Assembly: GCA_963701965.1 (NCBI GenBank)
Contig: OY969695.1
Span: 1,312,001-1,376,000 of the forward strand
DNA: 64,000 nucleotides
Reading direction: 5' to 3'
Source: an uncultured Gemmatimonadales bacterium
Lineage (GTDB): Bacteria; Gemmatimonadota; Gemmatimonadetes; Gemmatimonadales; Gemmatimonadaceae
In this document: piece by piece, positions 21,193-30,657 of the stretch
How the letters are laid out: each line of letters begins with the position of its first letter
How positions within the stretch are numbered: position 1 is the first letter of the stretch
Position numbers and translations under genes: made by a program
The notes under the pieces: generated by a model
The model's input: the letters and a program-made list of their open reading frames with translations, nothing else
What the model was told of the DNA's origin: nothing
Databases searched by the model: none

Positions 21193-22172
21193 CCCAACGC
21201 TATGTCGTCGGTATCGACTTGGGCGGCACCAACATCGCCGCCGGCGCGCTCCCCACGGATGGCAGCGCGGTGCTCGCCTTTCGGACGTGCCTGACGAACG
21301 CCGAGAGCGGCGCCGATGCCGTCGCGTCGCGCATCGCCGATACCGTCGAGGACGTGATCGCCGACACCATGAGAGAAACCGGCGCCGCCCGGTCCGATTT
21401 CCTGGGTGTCGGGATGGGCGCGCCCGGGCCTCTCGACCGCGAGCGCGGCATCGTGATTGTCGCCCCGAACCTGGGCTGGCGCAATTTTCCGTTGCGCGAT
21501 CGCATCGCGGACCGGGTCAATCTGCCCGCCACGCTCGACAACGATGCCAACTGCGCCACCGTCGGCGAATGGTGGTGCGGCGCCGCCCGGGGAGCGCGCA
21601 ATGTCGTCGGGCTCACGATCGGCACCGGCATCGGCGGCGGCCTGATCCTGAACGGCGCGCTCTATCACGGGTCCTCGGACGTCGCCGGCGAGATCGGCCA
21701 TACGACGATCGACTCCACCGGCCGCCGCTGCAAGTGCGGCAACTATGGATGTCTGGAAGCCTACGCCTCGGGCCCCGCCATCGCCGAGCGCGCGCGCGAA
21801 GCGCTGGCCGGCAATGAGGAATCCGTCCTCCCACGCATGGTCGGCGGGGACCTGAGCCGGATCACGGCTCGCACCGTGTACGACGCGGCGCTGCAGGGCG
21901 ACGCGACGGCGCGCGAAGTGGTGCGCGATACCGCGCGGTTCCTCGGCTCGGGGCTCGCCAACCTGCTCAATATCATCAATCCGGATGTCGTCGTCCTGGC
22001 GGGCGGCGTCACCGAGGCCGGGGACGCACTGTTCGAGCCCCTGCGCGCCGAGGTCAAACGCCGCGCGTTCCGGCCGGCGGTGGACGCCTGCCGCATCGTG
22101 CCGGGCATCCTCGCCGGCGCCGCCGGCGTCGTGGGCGCCGTCGCGACGTTCAAGATGCAATCGGGACACTGA
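21189..22172 (+). CDS. ROK-family sugar kinase (glucokinase-like)
   Basis: GIDLGGT, LDNDAN, TIGTGIGGG, GEIGH and the CKCGNYGCLE zinc motif. Confidence 0.93.
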   Translation: MTQRYVVGIDLGGTNIAAGALPTDGSAVLAFRTCLTNAESGADAVASRIADTVEDVIADTMRETGAARSDFLGVGMGAPGPLDRERGIVIVAPNLGWRNFPLRDRIADRVNLPATLDNDANCATVGEWWCGAARGARNVVGLTIGTGIGGGLILNGALYHGSSDVAGEIGHTTIDSTGRRCKCGNYGCLEAYASGPAIAERAREALAGNEESVLPRMVGGDLSRITARTVYDAALQGDATAREVVRDTARFLGSGLANLLNIINPDVVVLAGGVTEAGDALFEPLRAEVKRRAFRPAVDACRIVPGILAGAAGVVGAVATFKMQSGH

Positions 22173-23134
22173 TGCCGAAGCGGGTGGGCGTCATCGGCAC
22201 GTTCGTCTGGGATGTGATCCACGGGCGCGATCCCCGGCGGGAGCCGGTCGAGGAGTGGGGCGGCATCACGTACGCGCTCGGCGCCTTCGACGCCGCGCTG
22301 TCTCCGGATTGGGAGCTCGTGCCGCTGGTACGCGTGGGGCGGGATCTCGCGCCGCGGGCGCGGGAATTTCTGGGCAAGCTCCGCCGCGTGGCGCCCGATG
22401 CCGCGCCGATCGAAGTGTCGTATCCGAACAACCGCGTCGAGTTGCGGTACACGAGCGCCGAGCGCCGGAGCGAAGTCTTGACCGGCGGCATACCCGGGTG
22501 GACCTGGCTCGGGCTCAAACCCCTGCTGCACGGGCTCGATGCCCTGTACGTGAACCTCATCGCCGGCAATGAGCTGGATCTCGAGACCGCGCAGCTCCTG
22601 CGCCAGCACTATCGGGGGCCGATCTACCTGGACCTCCACTCTCTGCTGCTGGACATCGAGCCGAGCGGACTGCGCACGCCGCGGCCGTTGCCGAACGTCG
22701 CCCCGTGGTGCCGCTGCGCGGACCTCCTGCAGGTCAATGAAGATGAGATGGCGCTCATGGCCGCCGATCCCATGGCCCTCGCGGCCACGGCACTGGCCGA
22801 AGGCGTCCGCTGTCTGGTGGTGACCCTGGGGAGCCGCGGCGCGGTGTACTTCGCCGCTCCCGAATTCGACGGCGGCATCGGATGGATGCAGACCAAGCCC
22901 GGACTGGGCGCCGTTCGCACGGCGCTGGTGCCGGCGGTCCCCGCCGAGGGCGCCGAGAACGATCCCACCGGGTGCGGCGATGTGTGGGGCGCGACCTATT
23001 TCTCGCGACTGCTCGCCGGTGATAACTTTGCCGACGCGATGCGCGCGGCGCTGGTGGCGGCGGCTCGGAATGTCGGGCACCGGGGCGCGGCCGGTCTCGC
23101 CCACCACCTGCGCGGAGAGTTGAGCCCGACGTGA
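22172..23134 (+). CDS. PfkB-family carbohydrate kinase
   Basis: WGG..Y N-terminal motif, QVNEDE, VTLGSRG, DPTGCGDVWGA anion-hole motif. Confidence 0.85.
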   Translation: MPKRVGVIGTFVWDVIHGRDPRREPVEEWGGITYALGAFDAALSPDWELVPLVRVGRDLAPRAREFLGKLRRVAPDAAPIEVSYPNNRVELRYTSAERRSEVLTGGIPGWTWLGLKPLLHGLDALYVNLIAGNELDLETAQLLRQHYRGPIYLDLHSLLLDIEPSGLRTPRPLPNVAPWCRCADLLQVNEDEMALMAADPMALAATALAEGVRCLVVTLGSRGAVYFAAPEFDGGIGWMQTKPGLGAVRTALVPAVPAEGAENDPTGCGDVWGATYFSRLLAGDNFADAMRAALVAAARNVGHRGAAGLAHHLRGELSPT

Positions 23135-24024
23135 CGCACATCATCCCGGTGCCCCCCGCGTTGGACGATAGCACCTTCGAGCAGGTCCTCACGGCCCTCG
23201 CGGCGCTCGGCCCGGAGGACAAAATCCTGCTGGATGCGCGACACTCCCGCTGGGCCACTCCGTATGGCCTCACGGCACTTCTCACCATAGCGCAGACCCG
23301 ACCCGGTCGCCCGAGTCTCGTTCCGCCGGAGGCGGACGAGACGGTGTCGTATTGGACCCGTATGGGGTTCTTTCGACATGCCGACGACCTGTTTGACATT
23401 CAAGGGAGCGTGCCAAAGCACAAGGCCGGCGGCGAGTCGCCGGTCCTCCTGGAGATCACCGCGGTATCGAAGAGCGGCGACGTGCACGACGTCGTGGACC
23501 GGATCCAGCAGCGCGCGCAGAAGATGCTGGCGAGCGAGCTCAATATCGACGCGGCGGCCACGATCCGTTTTGTCACCACGCTCTCCGAGGTATGCCAGAA
23601 CGTCGTGGAGCACGCCGGAACCGGCGGTTGGGTCGCGGTGCAGACCTACCTATGGAAGAAGCGGCTCGGGCGCCGGGTCGTACAGATCGCCGTGTGCGAC
23701 GGCGGCGTCGGGTTCCGCCGCTCCCTGGAGAGCCTGTCCGGCCGTCCCGCGGACGACCGGTGGGACGACGGCATCGCGTTGGAGGAAGCCGTGATTCGCG
23801 GGGTCAGCCGGTTTCGGGACCGCGGGCGCGGGCAGGGTCTGGCCAACGCACGCAACTTCCTGGGCAAGTGGGGCGGCAAATTGTCGATCCGGAGCGGCAC
23901 GGCCCGCATCGCGATTGTCCCATCCTGGGATGATGATCTTCCGTTGCAGCAGGAATTGCCGATGTTTCCCGGAGCGCAGGTGCAGATCACGATCCCCGAG
24001 CGGACCCGCGAGACCACGCCGTGA
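23131..24024 (+). CDS. STAS-like domain fused to a GHKL ATPase/kinase (anti-sigma-like)
   Basis: N box EVCQNVVEHA, G1 DGGVG, G2 GRGQGL. N-terminus has a STAS-like pattern (ILLDARHSRWATPYGLTAL...SYWTRMGF). Confidence 0.75.
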   Translation: MTHIIPVPPALDDSTFEQVLTALAALGPEDKILLDARHSRWATPYGLTALLTIAQTRPGRPSLVPPEADETVSYWTRMGFFRHADDLFDIQGSVPKHKAGGESPVLLEITAVSKSGDVHDVVDRIQQRAQKMLASELNIDAAATIRFVTTLSEVCQNVVEHAGTGGWVAVQTYLWKKRLGRRVVQIAVCDGGVGFRRSLESLSGRPADDRWDDGIALEEAVIRGVSRFRDRGRGQGLANARNFLGKWGGKLSIRSGTARIAIVPSWDDDLPLQQELPMFPGAQVQITIPERTRETTP

Positions 24025-24554
24025 TCCAGACCATCGATCTCAGCTCCGTGCTCCGGCGCTCCGTGTGCGAGCTGTATTCCAACCTGGTGACGCGCCCCAC
24101 CGGCGTCGCCGTGCGCACCGAGATCGAGTTGTTGGTCTCGGGGCGACCCGGCGGCGGGCCGGCGCTCACGGTGATCGACTTCACGCACGTGGGATTGCTC
24201 GACTACTCCTGCGCCGACGAAGTCGTGGCCAAGCTCCTGCTACGGTCCACCGACGGCTTCTTCCTGTGCCGTGGGCTCCACGAAGCCCACGTCGACGCCA
24301 TCGAGACCGCGCTCGCCCGGTACGAGTTGGCGCTGGTCGCCGAGGCGGCCGATGGCGCGCCGCAGTTGCTCGGCACGCTCGACGCCGACGCGCGGCGCGC
24401 CTGGGACGCGGTCGCCCGCCTTGGGCGGGCCGACGCCGGTGCCCTGGCGGACGTCCTCTCGCTGGAGACCGGCCACGCCGGCGATCTCCTCGAGCTGCTG
24501 GCCGCGCGGCGGGTGGTCATGCGCGCGGGAACGCACTACCTGAGGTTTCCGTAG
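24021..24554 (+). CDS. STAS-like protein with possible C-terminal winged helix
   Basis: VIDFTHVGLLDYSCADEVV resembles the STAS core. C-terminal ALADVLSLETGHAGDLLELLAARRVV resembles a wHTH. Confidence 0.6.
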   Translation: MIQTIDLSSVLRRSVCELYSNLVTRPTGVAVRTEIELLVSGRPGGGPALTVIDFTHVGLLDYSCADEVVAKLLLRSTDGFFLCRGLHEAHVDAIETALARYELALVAEAADGAPQLLGTLDADARRAWDAVARLGRADAGALADVLSLETGHAGDLLELLAARRVVMRAGTHYLRFP

Positions 24555-24558
24555 ATCT

Positions 24559-24840
24559 GTGAGCACCGGGTACAACCCGCCGCTGCGGGTCGCCTCGTTG
24601 ATCGCCACGCGTCGAGGTGACCCTGAACGCGGTCCCGAAGTCCGGATGAACGAAGGCGAGGCCCGCTTGCGTCTCCTTGCCGACGGCCAGTTGTGCCGGG
24701 TCATCGGTCCGCGGCGGCAGGAGATCGCGACGCTGCGCATCGACGACCAACTGCCGCGCGGCGACGTCGTCCTGCGCGATGTCCTCGGTGCTGCTCCCTC
24801 GGAAATCATTCGGATACAAAAACTGGACATTGAGAAATAG
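24559..24840 (+). CDS. Small hypothetical protein, possible double-psi beta-barrel
   Basis: VRMNEGEARLRLLADGQLCRV...LRIDDQLPRGDVV resembles CDC48-N / molybdopterin-dinucleotide-binding barrels. Operonic spacing of 4 nt on each side. Confidence 0.55.
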   Translation: MSTGYNPPLRVASLIATRRGDPERGPEVRMNEGEARLRLLADGQLCRVIGPRRQEIATLRIDDQLPRGDVVLRDVLGAAPSEIIRIQKLDIEK

Positions 24841-24844
24841 CCGC

Positions 24845-26008
24845 ATGCCCCGCGCCCCCCGCCCACTCGGTCTGTCCACGATCGCCATCCACGGTGGCGC
24901 CGATAGCAGCGATGCAGGCGCGCTCTCGCCGGTCGTTACGCCGATCTATCAGTCGGTCAATTTCCTGCAGGAGTACGGGACCGCCGCGGGCATGCGGTAC
25001 CCGCGGTACGGGAACTCGCCGAACGCCGAGGTGGTCCAGCGGCGCCTGGCCGAGATCGAAGGCGCCGAAGCCGCGTTGCTGGCGGCGAGTGGGATGGGGG
25101 CGACCGCCGTCGCCCTGTTGGCCCTCCTTCGCCCCGGCGATCATCTCCTGGCCAGTACCTGGGTCTACGGCGGCACCTACGCGCTGCTCACCAAGGAATT
25201 CGACCGGGTCGGTATCGCGGTCACGCTCGTCGACCCCATGGAAAGCCGCGGCTGGCGGAAGCGGCTCCGCAAAGAGACCCGCGCGATCTTTCTGGAGTCC
25301 CCCGTCAATCCGACCTGCCGGGTGGTCGACTTGCGGCCGATCAGCCTCCTGACCAAAGAGCTCGGGTTGGCGTTGGTCGTCGACTCGACGTTCGCCAGCC
25401 CCGTCAACTTCCGGCCCATCGAACACGGCGCCGACGTCGTCATCCAGTCCACAACGAAGTTCCTCAACGGGCATCACGATGCCATGGGCGGCGTCGTCCT
25501 CGGGTCGGCGCCGGTGATCGAGGAAGCGCGCGAGAAGATGATGATCTGGGGGCAGGCCCCCGATCCGTTCGCCTGTTGGCTGTTGGAGCGCGGCCTCAAG
25601 ACGTTGGAGGTCCGCGTCCAGCGACAGAACGCCAGCGCCATGACCATCGCGGAGTGGGCATCGGCCCACCGGGACATCAAGCGCGTGCACTACCCCGGGC
25701 TGGCCTCGCACGAAGACCACGCCGTCGCCAAGCACCACATGGACGGATTCGGCGCGATGCTGGGGTTGGAGCTGTCGGGCGGCGGGCGCGCGGTCGACCG
25801 GTTCGTGCGCCGGCTGGCCCTGTGGCTGCACGCGCCCAGCTTGGGCGGCGTCGACTCGCTGGTGAGCGAGCCGCGTTTCTCGTCCCACACGCATTTGACG
25901 CCCGAGCGGCGCGCCGCGATGGGGATTCCGGACGGATTCGTCCGACTTTCCGTCGGCCTCGAAGCCGTTGAGGATCTCATCGCCGACCTGGATCAAGCGC
26001 TGCGATGA
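24845..26008 (+). CDS. PLP-dependent trans-sulfuration enzyme (cystathionine gamma-synthase / methionine gamma-lyase family)
   Basis: YPRYGN, ASGMGA, ESPVNP, VVDSTF, STTKFLNGH (PLP lysine), SLGGVDSL, RLSVGLE. Confidence 0.92.
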   Translation: MPRAPRPLGLSTIAIHGGADSSDAGALSPVVTPIYQSVNFLQEYGTAAGMRYPRYGNSPNAEVVQRRLAEIEGAEAALLAASGMGATAVALLALLRPGDHLLASTWVYGGTYALLTKEFDRVGIAVTLVDPMESRGWRKRLRKETRAIFLESPVNPTCRVVDLRPISLLTKELGLALVVDSTFASPVNFRPIEHGADVVIQSTTKFLNGHHDAMGGVVLGSAPVIEEAREKMMIWGQAPDPFACWLLERGLKTLEVRVQRQNASAMTIAEWASAHRDIKRVHYPGLASHEDHAVAKHHMDGFGAMLGLELSGGGRAVDRFVRRLALWLHAPSLGGVDSLVSEPRFSSHTHLTPERRAAMGIPDGFVRLSVGLEAVEDLIADLDQALR

Positions 26009-26691
26009 TCCGGCTGACGCACGTCTCGAAGGAATATCCGCGCACCGGCTTGGCCCTGAACGACGTCACGCTGCACGTCGCCAAGGGGGAGTTCGTTTTT
26101 CTTACGGGCCCCAGCGGGTCGGGCAAGAGCACGATGCTCCGCCTCGTGTACATGGATGAACGCCCCACGACGGGCGAAGTCCGGGTGAGCGGCACCAGCT
26201 CTTCGGAAGCACGCCGCGGAGACATCGCCCGGCTGCGCCGCCGGCTCGGGGTCGTGTTTCAGGACTTTCGGTTGCTCGACGACCGGACCGCCCACGCCAA
26301 CGTCGCGTTCGCGCTGGAAGTCACGGGCGCGCCGCGGGACACGATCCCGGGCAAAGTCAACCGGTTGCTGACGCAGGTCGGCCTCGCCTCCAAGGGCGCC
26401 GCCTATCCCAAGGAGCTGTCCGGCGGAGAGCAACAGCGCGTCGCCATCGCCCGCGCGCTGGTCAACGATCCGTTCGTGTTGATCGCCGACGAGCCGACGG
26501 GCAACCTCGATGACCGGGCCACGCGCGGCGTCTTCCAACTGCTGCGCGAGATCAACTCCGCCGGTACCGCGGTCATCATGGCCACGCACGATCTCGATCT
26601 CATCCGGCGGTCGGACTATCGCACCATCGAGATGCTGCAGGGACGCATCGTGTCGGACTCCGGCGGCGACGCGGAGATCGCGGTCTCGTGA
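26005..26691 (+). CDS. ftsE: Cell division ATP-binding protein FtsE
   Basis: [40 protein letters not shown]; followed by ftsX. Confidence 0.93.
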   Translation: MIRLTHVSKEYPRTGLALNDVTLHVAKGEFVFLTGPSGSGKSTMLRLVYMDERPTTGEVRVSGTSSSEARRGDIARLRRRLGVVFQDFRLLDDRTAHANVAFALEVTGAPRDTIPGKVNRLLTQVGLASKGAAYPKELSGGEQQRVAIARALVNDPFVLIADEPTGNLDDRATRGVFQLLREINSAGTAVIMATHDLDLIRRSDYRTIEMLQGRIVSDSGGDAEIAVS

Positions 26692-26698
26692 GGCGCCC

Positions 26699-27547
26699 GT
26701 GAGACTCGCTTTTCGCGAGGCGCTGATCGCCTTCCGCCGGGCGCCGCTGCTCAGCGTGCTGGGGATTCTCACCATCGCGTTCTCGCTGTTCGCGTTCGGG
26801 CTGTTCGGACTCGTGGCTCTCAACATTCGGGACGCGCTCCAGCGCACGGAAGAGCGGGTCGAGATCGCGGGATTCGTGACCGACGGCACGGCGCCGGAAG
26901 CCGTGGCCGCGGCCATGGGCGACATTGCGGCGTTTCCCGAAGTGGCCCACGTCGACTTCATCTCGCAAGACTCGGCCCTGGCCCGCGCCAAGAGCGAGCT
27001 GGGCGAGTTCGGGGACGTCTTCGAAGCGGGGGTGCTGCCGGCGTCGATCGAAGTGCGACTCAAACCGAACGCCCGCGACCCCAAGTCGGTCAAGACCGTG
27101 GCCGACCGCATCGCCACGTACTCGTTCATCGACGACGTGCGCTATGCCGAGGATTGGGTGAAGAAGCTCTATCAGATCCGGACGATCGCCACGGTGGTCG
27201 GGCTCGTGCTCGGCTTGGCGTTCGCCGCGGTGGCCGTCATCATCATTGGCGCGACGATCCGGATGGCCGTGCTGGCGCGCGGGCGGGAGATATCGATCAT
27301 GCGACTCGTCGGCGCTACTGATGCGTTTGTGCGGGCACCGTTTCTGATCGAGGGGTTTGTCAAAGGCATCCTGGGCGGTGCGCTGGCGCTCTTTCTGACC
27401 TGGCTGGCGGCGGCGCTCGTCTCCCAGTATTTCGTTCAGGCCGAGTTCTTCGGGTTCCGCGCCGCGGCGCTCGGCATCCTGTTCGGGGCCTTCCTCGGCC
27501 TCGCGGGCAGCGCGCTCTCCGTCGGGAGACATCTACGGCGCGTCTGA
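26699..27547 (+). CDS. ftsX: Cell division permease FtsX
   Basis: Four-TM topology; IRMAVLARGREISIMRLVGATDAFVRAPFLIEG. Confidence 0.92.
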   Translation: MRLAFREALIAFRRAPLLSVLGILTIAFSLFAFGLFGLVALNIRDALQRTEERVEIAGFVTDGTAPEAVAAAMGDIAAFPEVAHVDFISQDSALARAKSELGEFGDVFEAGVLPASIEVRLKPNARDPKSVKTVADRIATYSFIDDVRYAEDWVKKLYQIRTIATVVGLVLGLAFAAVAVIIIGATIRMAVLARGREISIMRLVGATDAFVRAPFLIEGFVKGILGGALALFLTWLAAALVSQYFVQAEFFGFRAAALGILFGAFLGLAGSALSVGRHLRRV

Positions 27548-27567
27548 GAGGGGTCTGCTTCGCCGTC

Positions 27568-28728
27568 GTGCTGGGCGCCAGCGTGGCCGGCGCCCAGCAA
27601 CCGACGGCCGATCAGCGCCTGCGAGCCGACCGCGCCGAGCTCGACTCGCTGCACGAAGAGCGCGCCGACCTGGAACACCGGATGGCCGAGCTCCGGAACA
27701 GCGTCCACGACCTGTCCGATGAGGTCGAGAATCTGGACCGCCAGGCCGTCCTCACGGCCCGTGCGGTGCGGGCGTTGGACGGCCAACTCGTCGCCATCGA
27801 GGTCGACATCGACGAAGTCACAGGGAATCTCGTGCGGGCCGAGGACGAGCTGGCCATCAAGCGGGCGATGCTCCGCCACCGGATCGTCGAGATCTACAAG
27901 GCAGGCCCGCGCCATACGACCGAGGTGCTGTTCGAGGCCGAGTCGTTCGCGCAGCTCATCGCGCGCTACAAGTATCTGCATCTCCTGGCGCTACGCGACC
28001 GCGCCCTGGTGTCCCGCGTGGAGACGCTCAAGGAACGGATCACCCAGCAGCGCCGGTCACTGGTCGCGCTCCAGACATCCGTGGAAGAGACGCGGAGCGA
28101 GAAGGCCAGCGAGGAAACGCGCCTGCGCGATCTCGAGGTCGAGCGCGCAGGCCGGTTGGCCCAGGCCAAGCGCGCGACCGCCGAGACCGCGGCGCGGTTG
28201 GCCGAGATCGCGAAGTCGGAGGCCCATTTGGGCTCCGTCATCAGCTCCATCGAGACGGCACGGAAAAAGGCGGAGGCCAAGGCCAACGCGCCGGCGGCTG
28301 CCGCCAGCACATTGACCACGCGGGATATCGGTCGCCTCGACTGGCCGGTGGAAGGGCGCATCCTGTATCGATTTGGACGGGTTGTAAACCCCAACAACAC
28401 CACGACGCGGTGGAACGGCATCGGCATCGGCGCCAATCTCGGGACGGCCGTGCGGGCCGTGGAATCCGGGCGCGTCGTCGTGGCCCAGGTGATCGGCACG
28501 TATGGCCTGACAGTGATCGTGCAGCATGGCGGCGGCGACTATTCCGTGTACGGATCGCTGAGCCGCGCCAATGTGAAAAAGGGACAGCACGTCGACAAGG
28601 GCGACCAGATCGGGTCCGTCGGGCGATCGGATCCCGAGCTGCCCGCGCACCTGCACTTCGAGATTCGGCGTGGACAAGGCGCCGCCGTCGATCCGCTGGA
28701 CTGGCTGCGCGGCGGGAAATCCCGATGA
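27568..28728 (+). CDS. envC: EnvC-like murein hydrolase activator (coiled coil + M23 domain); start uncertain
   Basis: Long coiled coil, WPVEG, degenerate M23 site (WNGIGI), HLHFEIR; follows ftsEX. Confidence 0.85.
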   Translation: MLGASVAGAQQPTADQRLRADRAELDSLHEERADLEHRMAELRNSVHDLSDEVENLDRQAVLTARAVRALDGQLVAIEVDIDEVTGNLVRAEDELAIKRAMLRHRIVEIYKAGPRHTTEVLFEAESFAQLIARYKYLHLLALRDRALVSRVETLKERITQQRRSLVALQTSVEETRSEKASEETRLRDLEVERAGRLAQAKRATAETAARLAEIAKSEAHLGSVISSIETARKKAEAKANAPAAAASTLTTRDIGRLDWPVEGRILYRFGRVVNPNNTTTRWNGIGIGANLGTAVRAVESGRVVVAQVIGTYGLTVIVQHGGGDYSVYGSLSRANVKKGQHVDKGDQIGSVGRSDPELPAHLHFEIRRGQGAAVDPLDWLRGGKSR

Positions 28729-28961
28729 CGCGGAAGGCGCGTCCAGCCCCGGCACGGGTAACCAAGCGTTGTCCGACCTGCGGGCGATTCCGGGTCTACG
28801 AAGCCGACGACCAGTTCTGTGTGTTGTGCGGCAGCGAGGGGCTGCTCGACCGGTGCGCCTGTGGGCGGGTGTTCGACTACGCGATCGCCGAAGAAGGGGA
28901 TCTGCACTGCCCCCGCTGCGGGCAGGTCGTCCGCGGTCGCACGCGTGAATTCGAGAGCTGA
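28725..28961 (+). CDS. Small double zinc-ribbon protein
   Basis: CPTC...CVLC...CAC...CPRC; ATGA overlap with the envC stop. Confidence 0.7.
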   Translation: MTRKARPAPARVTKRCPTCGRFRVYEADDQFCVLCGSEGLLDRCACGRVFDYAIAEEGDLHCPRCGQVVRGRTREFES

Positions 28962-29012
28962 GCGGGTGCCGCGCTGGAATTTCCGGCGGAACGCCGGTAC
29001 CATAGACCGGGT

Positions 29013-29345
29013 ATGAGTCGCGTGTTCCGCCACCTGCTCGCCATTTTCGCCGTGTTCGGCCTGATCGCCATCGATCTGGCGCCGATTGCGGAGGCGTGGA
29101 GCGGGCCGGATGCGGCGGCACACGTCGAGCAGCGCGGCACACAGCTGCACTACGCCCACAACGAAGCCACCTGCCCCGCCTGCGTCACGCGCACCCTCGT
29201 GTCGCGTGGCGCGGCTTCCGCCGCGCCGGCGCCCGATGTGCGCGCCAGCGAGACGGCTTCCGTCATGCAAGTCGAGCGGCCGGCCCACTCCCAGGTCTCA
29301 CGGTCGAACGGATCACGAGCTCCGCCCCTGACGGCGTCGCGCTGA
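29013..29345 (+). CDS. DUF2946/CruR/CutF-like leader protein (signal/TM, His-CxxC, C-terminal RAPP)
   Basis: Hydrophobic N-terminus; HYAHNEATCPAC (C54-C57); RAPP at residues 102-105; stop 13 nt before the tolC-family gene. Confidence 0.72.
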   Translation: MSRVFRHLLAIFAVFGLIAIDLAPIAEAWSGPDAAAHVEQRGTQLHYAHNEATCPACVTRTLVSRGAASAAPAPDVRASETASVMQVERPAHSQVSRSNGSRAPPLTASR

Positions 29346-29358
29346 CCACTCTGGGACC

Positions 29359-30657
29359 ATGTCATCACAATTCAGGTGGGCGCTCTGCCTCGCGATTTTC
29401 GCGCGGGCAGCTTCGGCGCAACAACAGACACAGGATGCGAGCGCCAACGACACGCTGCGACTGACCCGGTCGCAGGCAGTGGCGATGGCCCTGGCGCACA
29501 ACCCGCAGATCGTCGTCGCGCGAGAGCAGATCGACGAGGCACGCGGGCAGCGCACGAGCACGTGGGCCATTCCGGACCCGCAGGGCTCCGCGCAGTACGT
29601 CCAGGAGAAAGGATTTCCGACCGGCAAACCGATCGGGGCGAGTATCGATATCCCCTTCCCCGACAAGTTCCGGCTGAACTACGCCATCGGCACCGCGGGC
29701 GTCAAATCGGCCGAGGCCAACTACGCGGGGCTCAAGCAGCAGATCGCGTCGCAGACGGCGCAAACGTACGACTCGCTGCGGGTTGCCCTCCGGCACCGAA
29801 GCGATCTCACGGAATCGCACGATCTCTCCGCCGACTTTCTCAAGAAGACGCAAGCGCGGTTCGAGGCCGGCACGGCCGCCAAACTCGACGTGATTCGCGC
29901 ACAGGTGGATGAGGCCAGTGCCCAGAACGACCTGATCGCCAACGGCCGCGAGATCGCCAACGCCCGCGCGTCGCTCAATCGCCTCCTGGGGCGTGGGTTG
30001 GGTCTCGGGGTCGAGGCGGCTGATACGCTCAATGTCCCGCTCCCGCTGCCGCCGTTGGATCCGATCGAGCAGAGCGCGCTCGCGGCGCGGCCCGAGTTGG
30101 CCGGGCTCCGCGCCGAACAGGCCGGCGCCCACGCCACGACGGTGTTGGCCCAAGAGTTCTGGCTACCGGACATCGTGGGCGGCGTGACGTGGGACCTGGG
30201 CGCGCCCGACGTGTCGTTTCCCAACCGATTCCCGATCTTCAACTACGGGCTCTCCGTGCCGATCCCGATCTTCTTCTGGCAGCATACCGGGGGCGACATT
30301 CGCGCGTCGCGCCACCACGAGCGCGAGCTCGAGGCCTCCTACCGCGATCTGCGGGCGTCGGTCGATCAGGACGTGCGCAACGCGTATTCGACGGCGGCCA
30401 CCGCGCTCCAACAGGCGGTGTTCATCCGCGACCAGTTGCTCCCGTCGGCCGAGGCGGCCTACAAAGTCGCGTCGGTGAGCTACGGACTCGGCGGCTCGTC
30501 GGCGCTCGACGTGCTGGGTGCGCGCCGCGATCTGGTGGCCGCCCAGGCGCAATACACGGACGCGCTGGCGGCCGCAAATCAGGCCCAGGCCGATCTGGAG
30601 CGCGCCGCGGCAGCGCCGCTGGCGCAATTTCGCACGGGAGGGTCCAGTGGACAGTAG
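29359..30657 (+). CDS. TolC/CzcC-family outer-membrane efflux protein
   Basis: Signal peptide, ALAHNP, two helical OEP repeats, YGLGGSSALDVLGARR. Confidence 0.9.
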   Translation: MSSQFRWALCLAIFARAASAQQQTQDASANDTLRLTRSQAVAMALAHNPQIVVAREQIDEARGQRTSTWAIPDPQGSAQYVQEKGFPTGKPIGASIDIPFPDKFRLNYAIGTAGVKSAEANYAGLKQQIASQTAQTYDSLRVALRHRSDLTESHDLSADFLKKTQARFEAGTAAKLDVIRAQVDEASAQNDLIANGREIANARASLNRLLGRGLGLGVEAADTLNVPLPLPPLDPIEQSALAARPELAGLRAEQAGAHATTVLAQEFWLPDIVGGVTWDLGAPDVSFPNRFPIFNYGLSVPIPIFFWQHTGGDIRASRHHERELEASYRDLRASVDQDVRNAYSTAATALQQAVFIRDQLLPSAEAAYKVASVSYGLGGSSALDVLGARRDLVAAQAQYTDALAAANQAQADLERAAAAPLAQFRTGGSSGQ

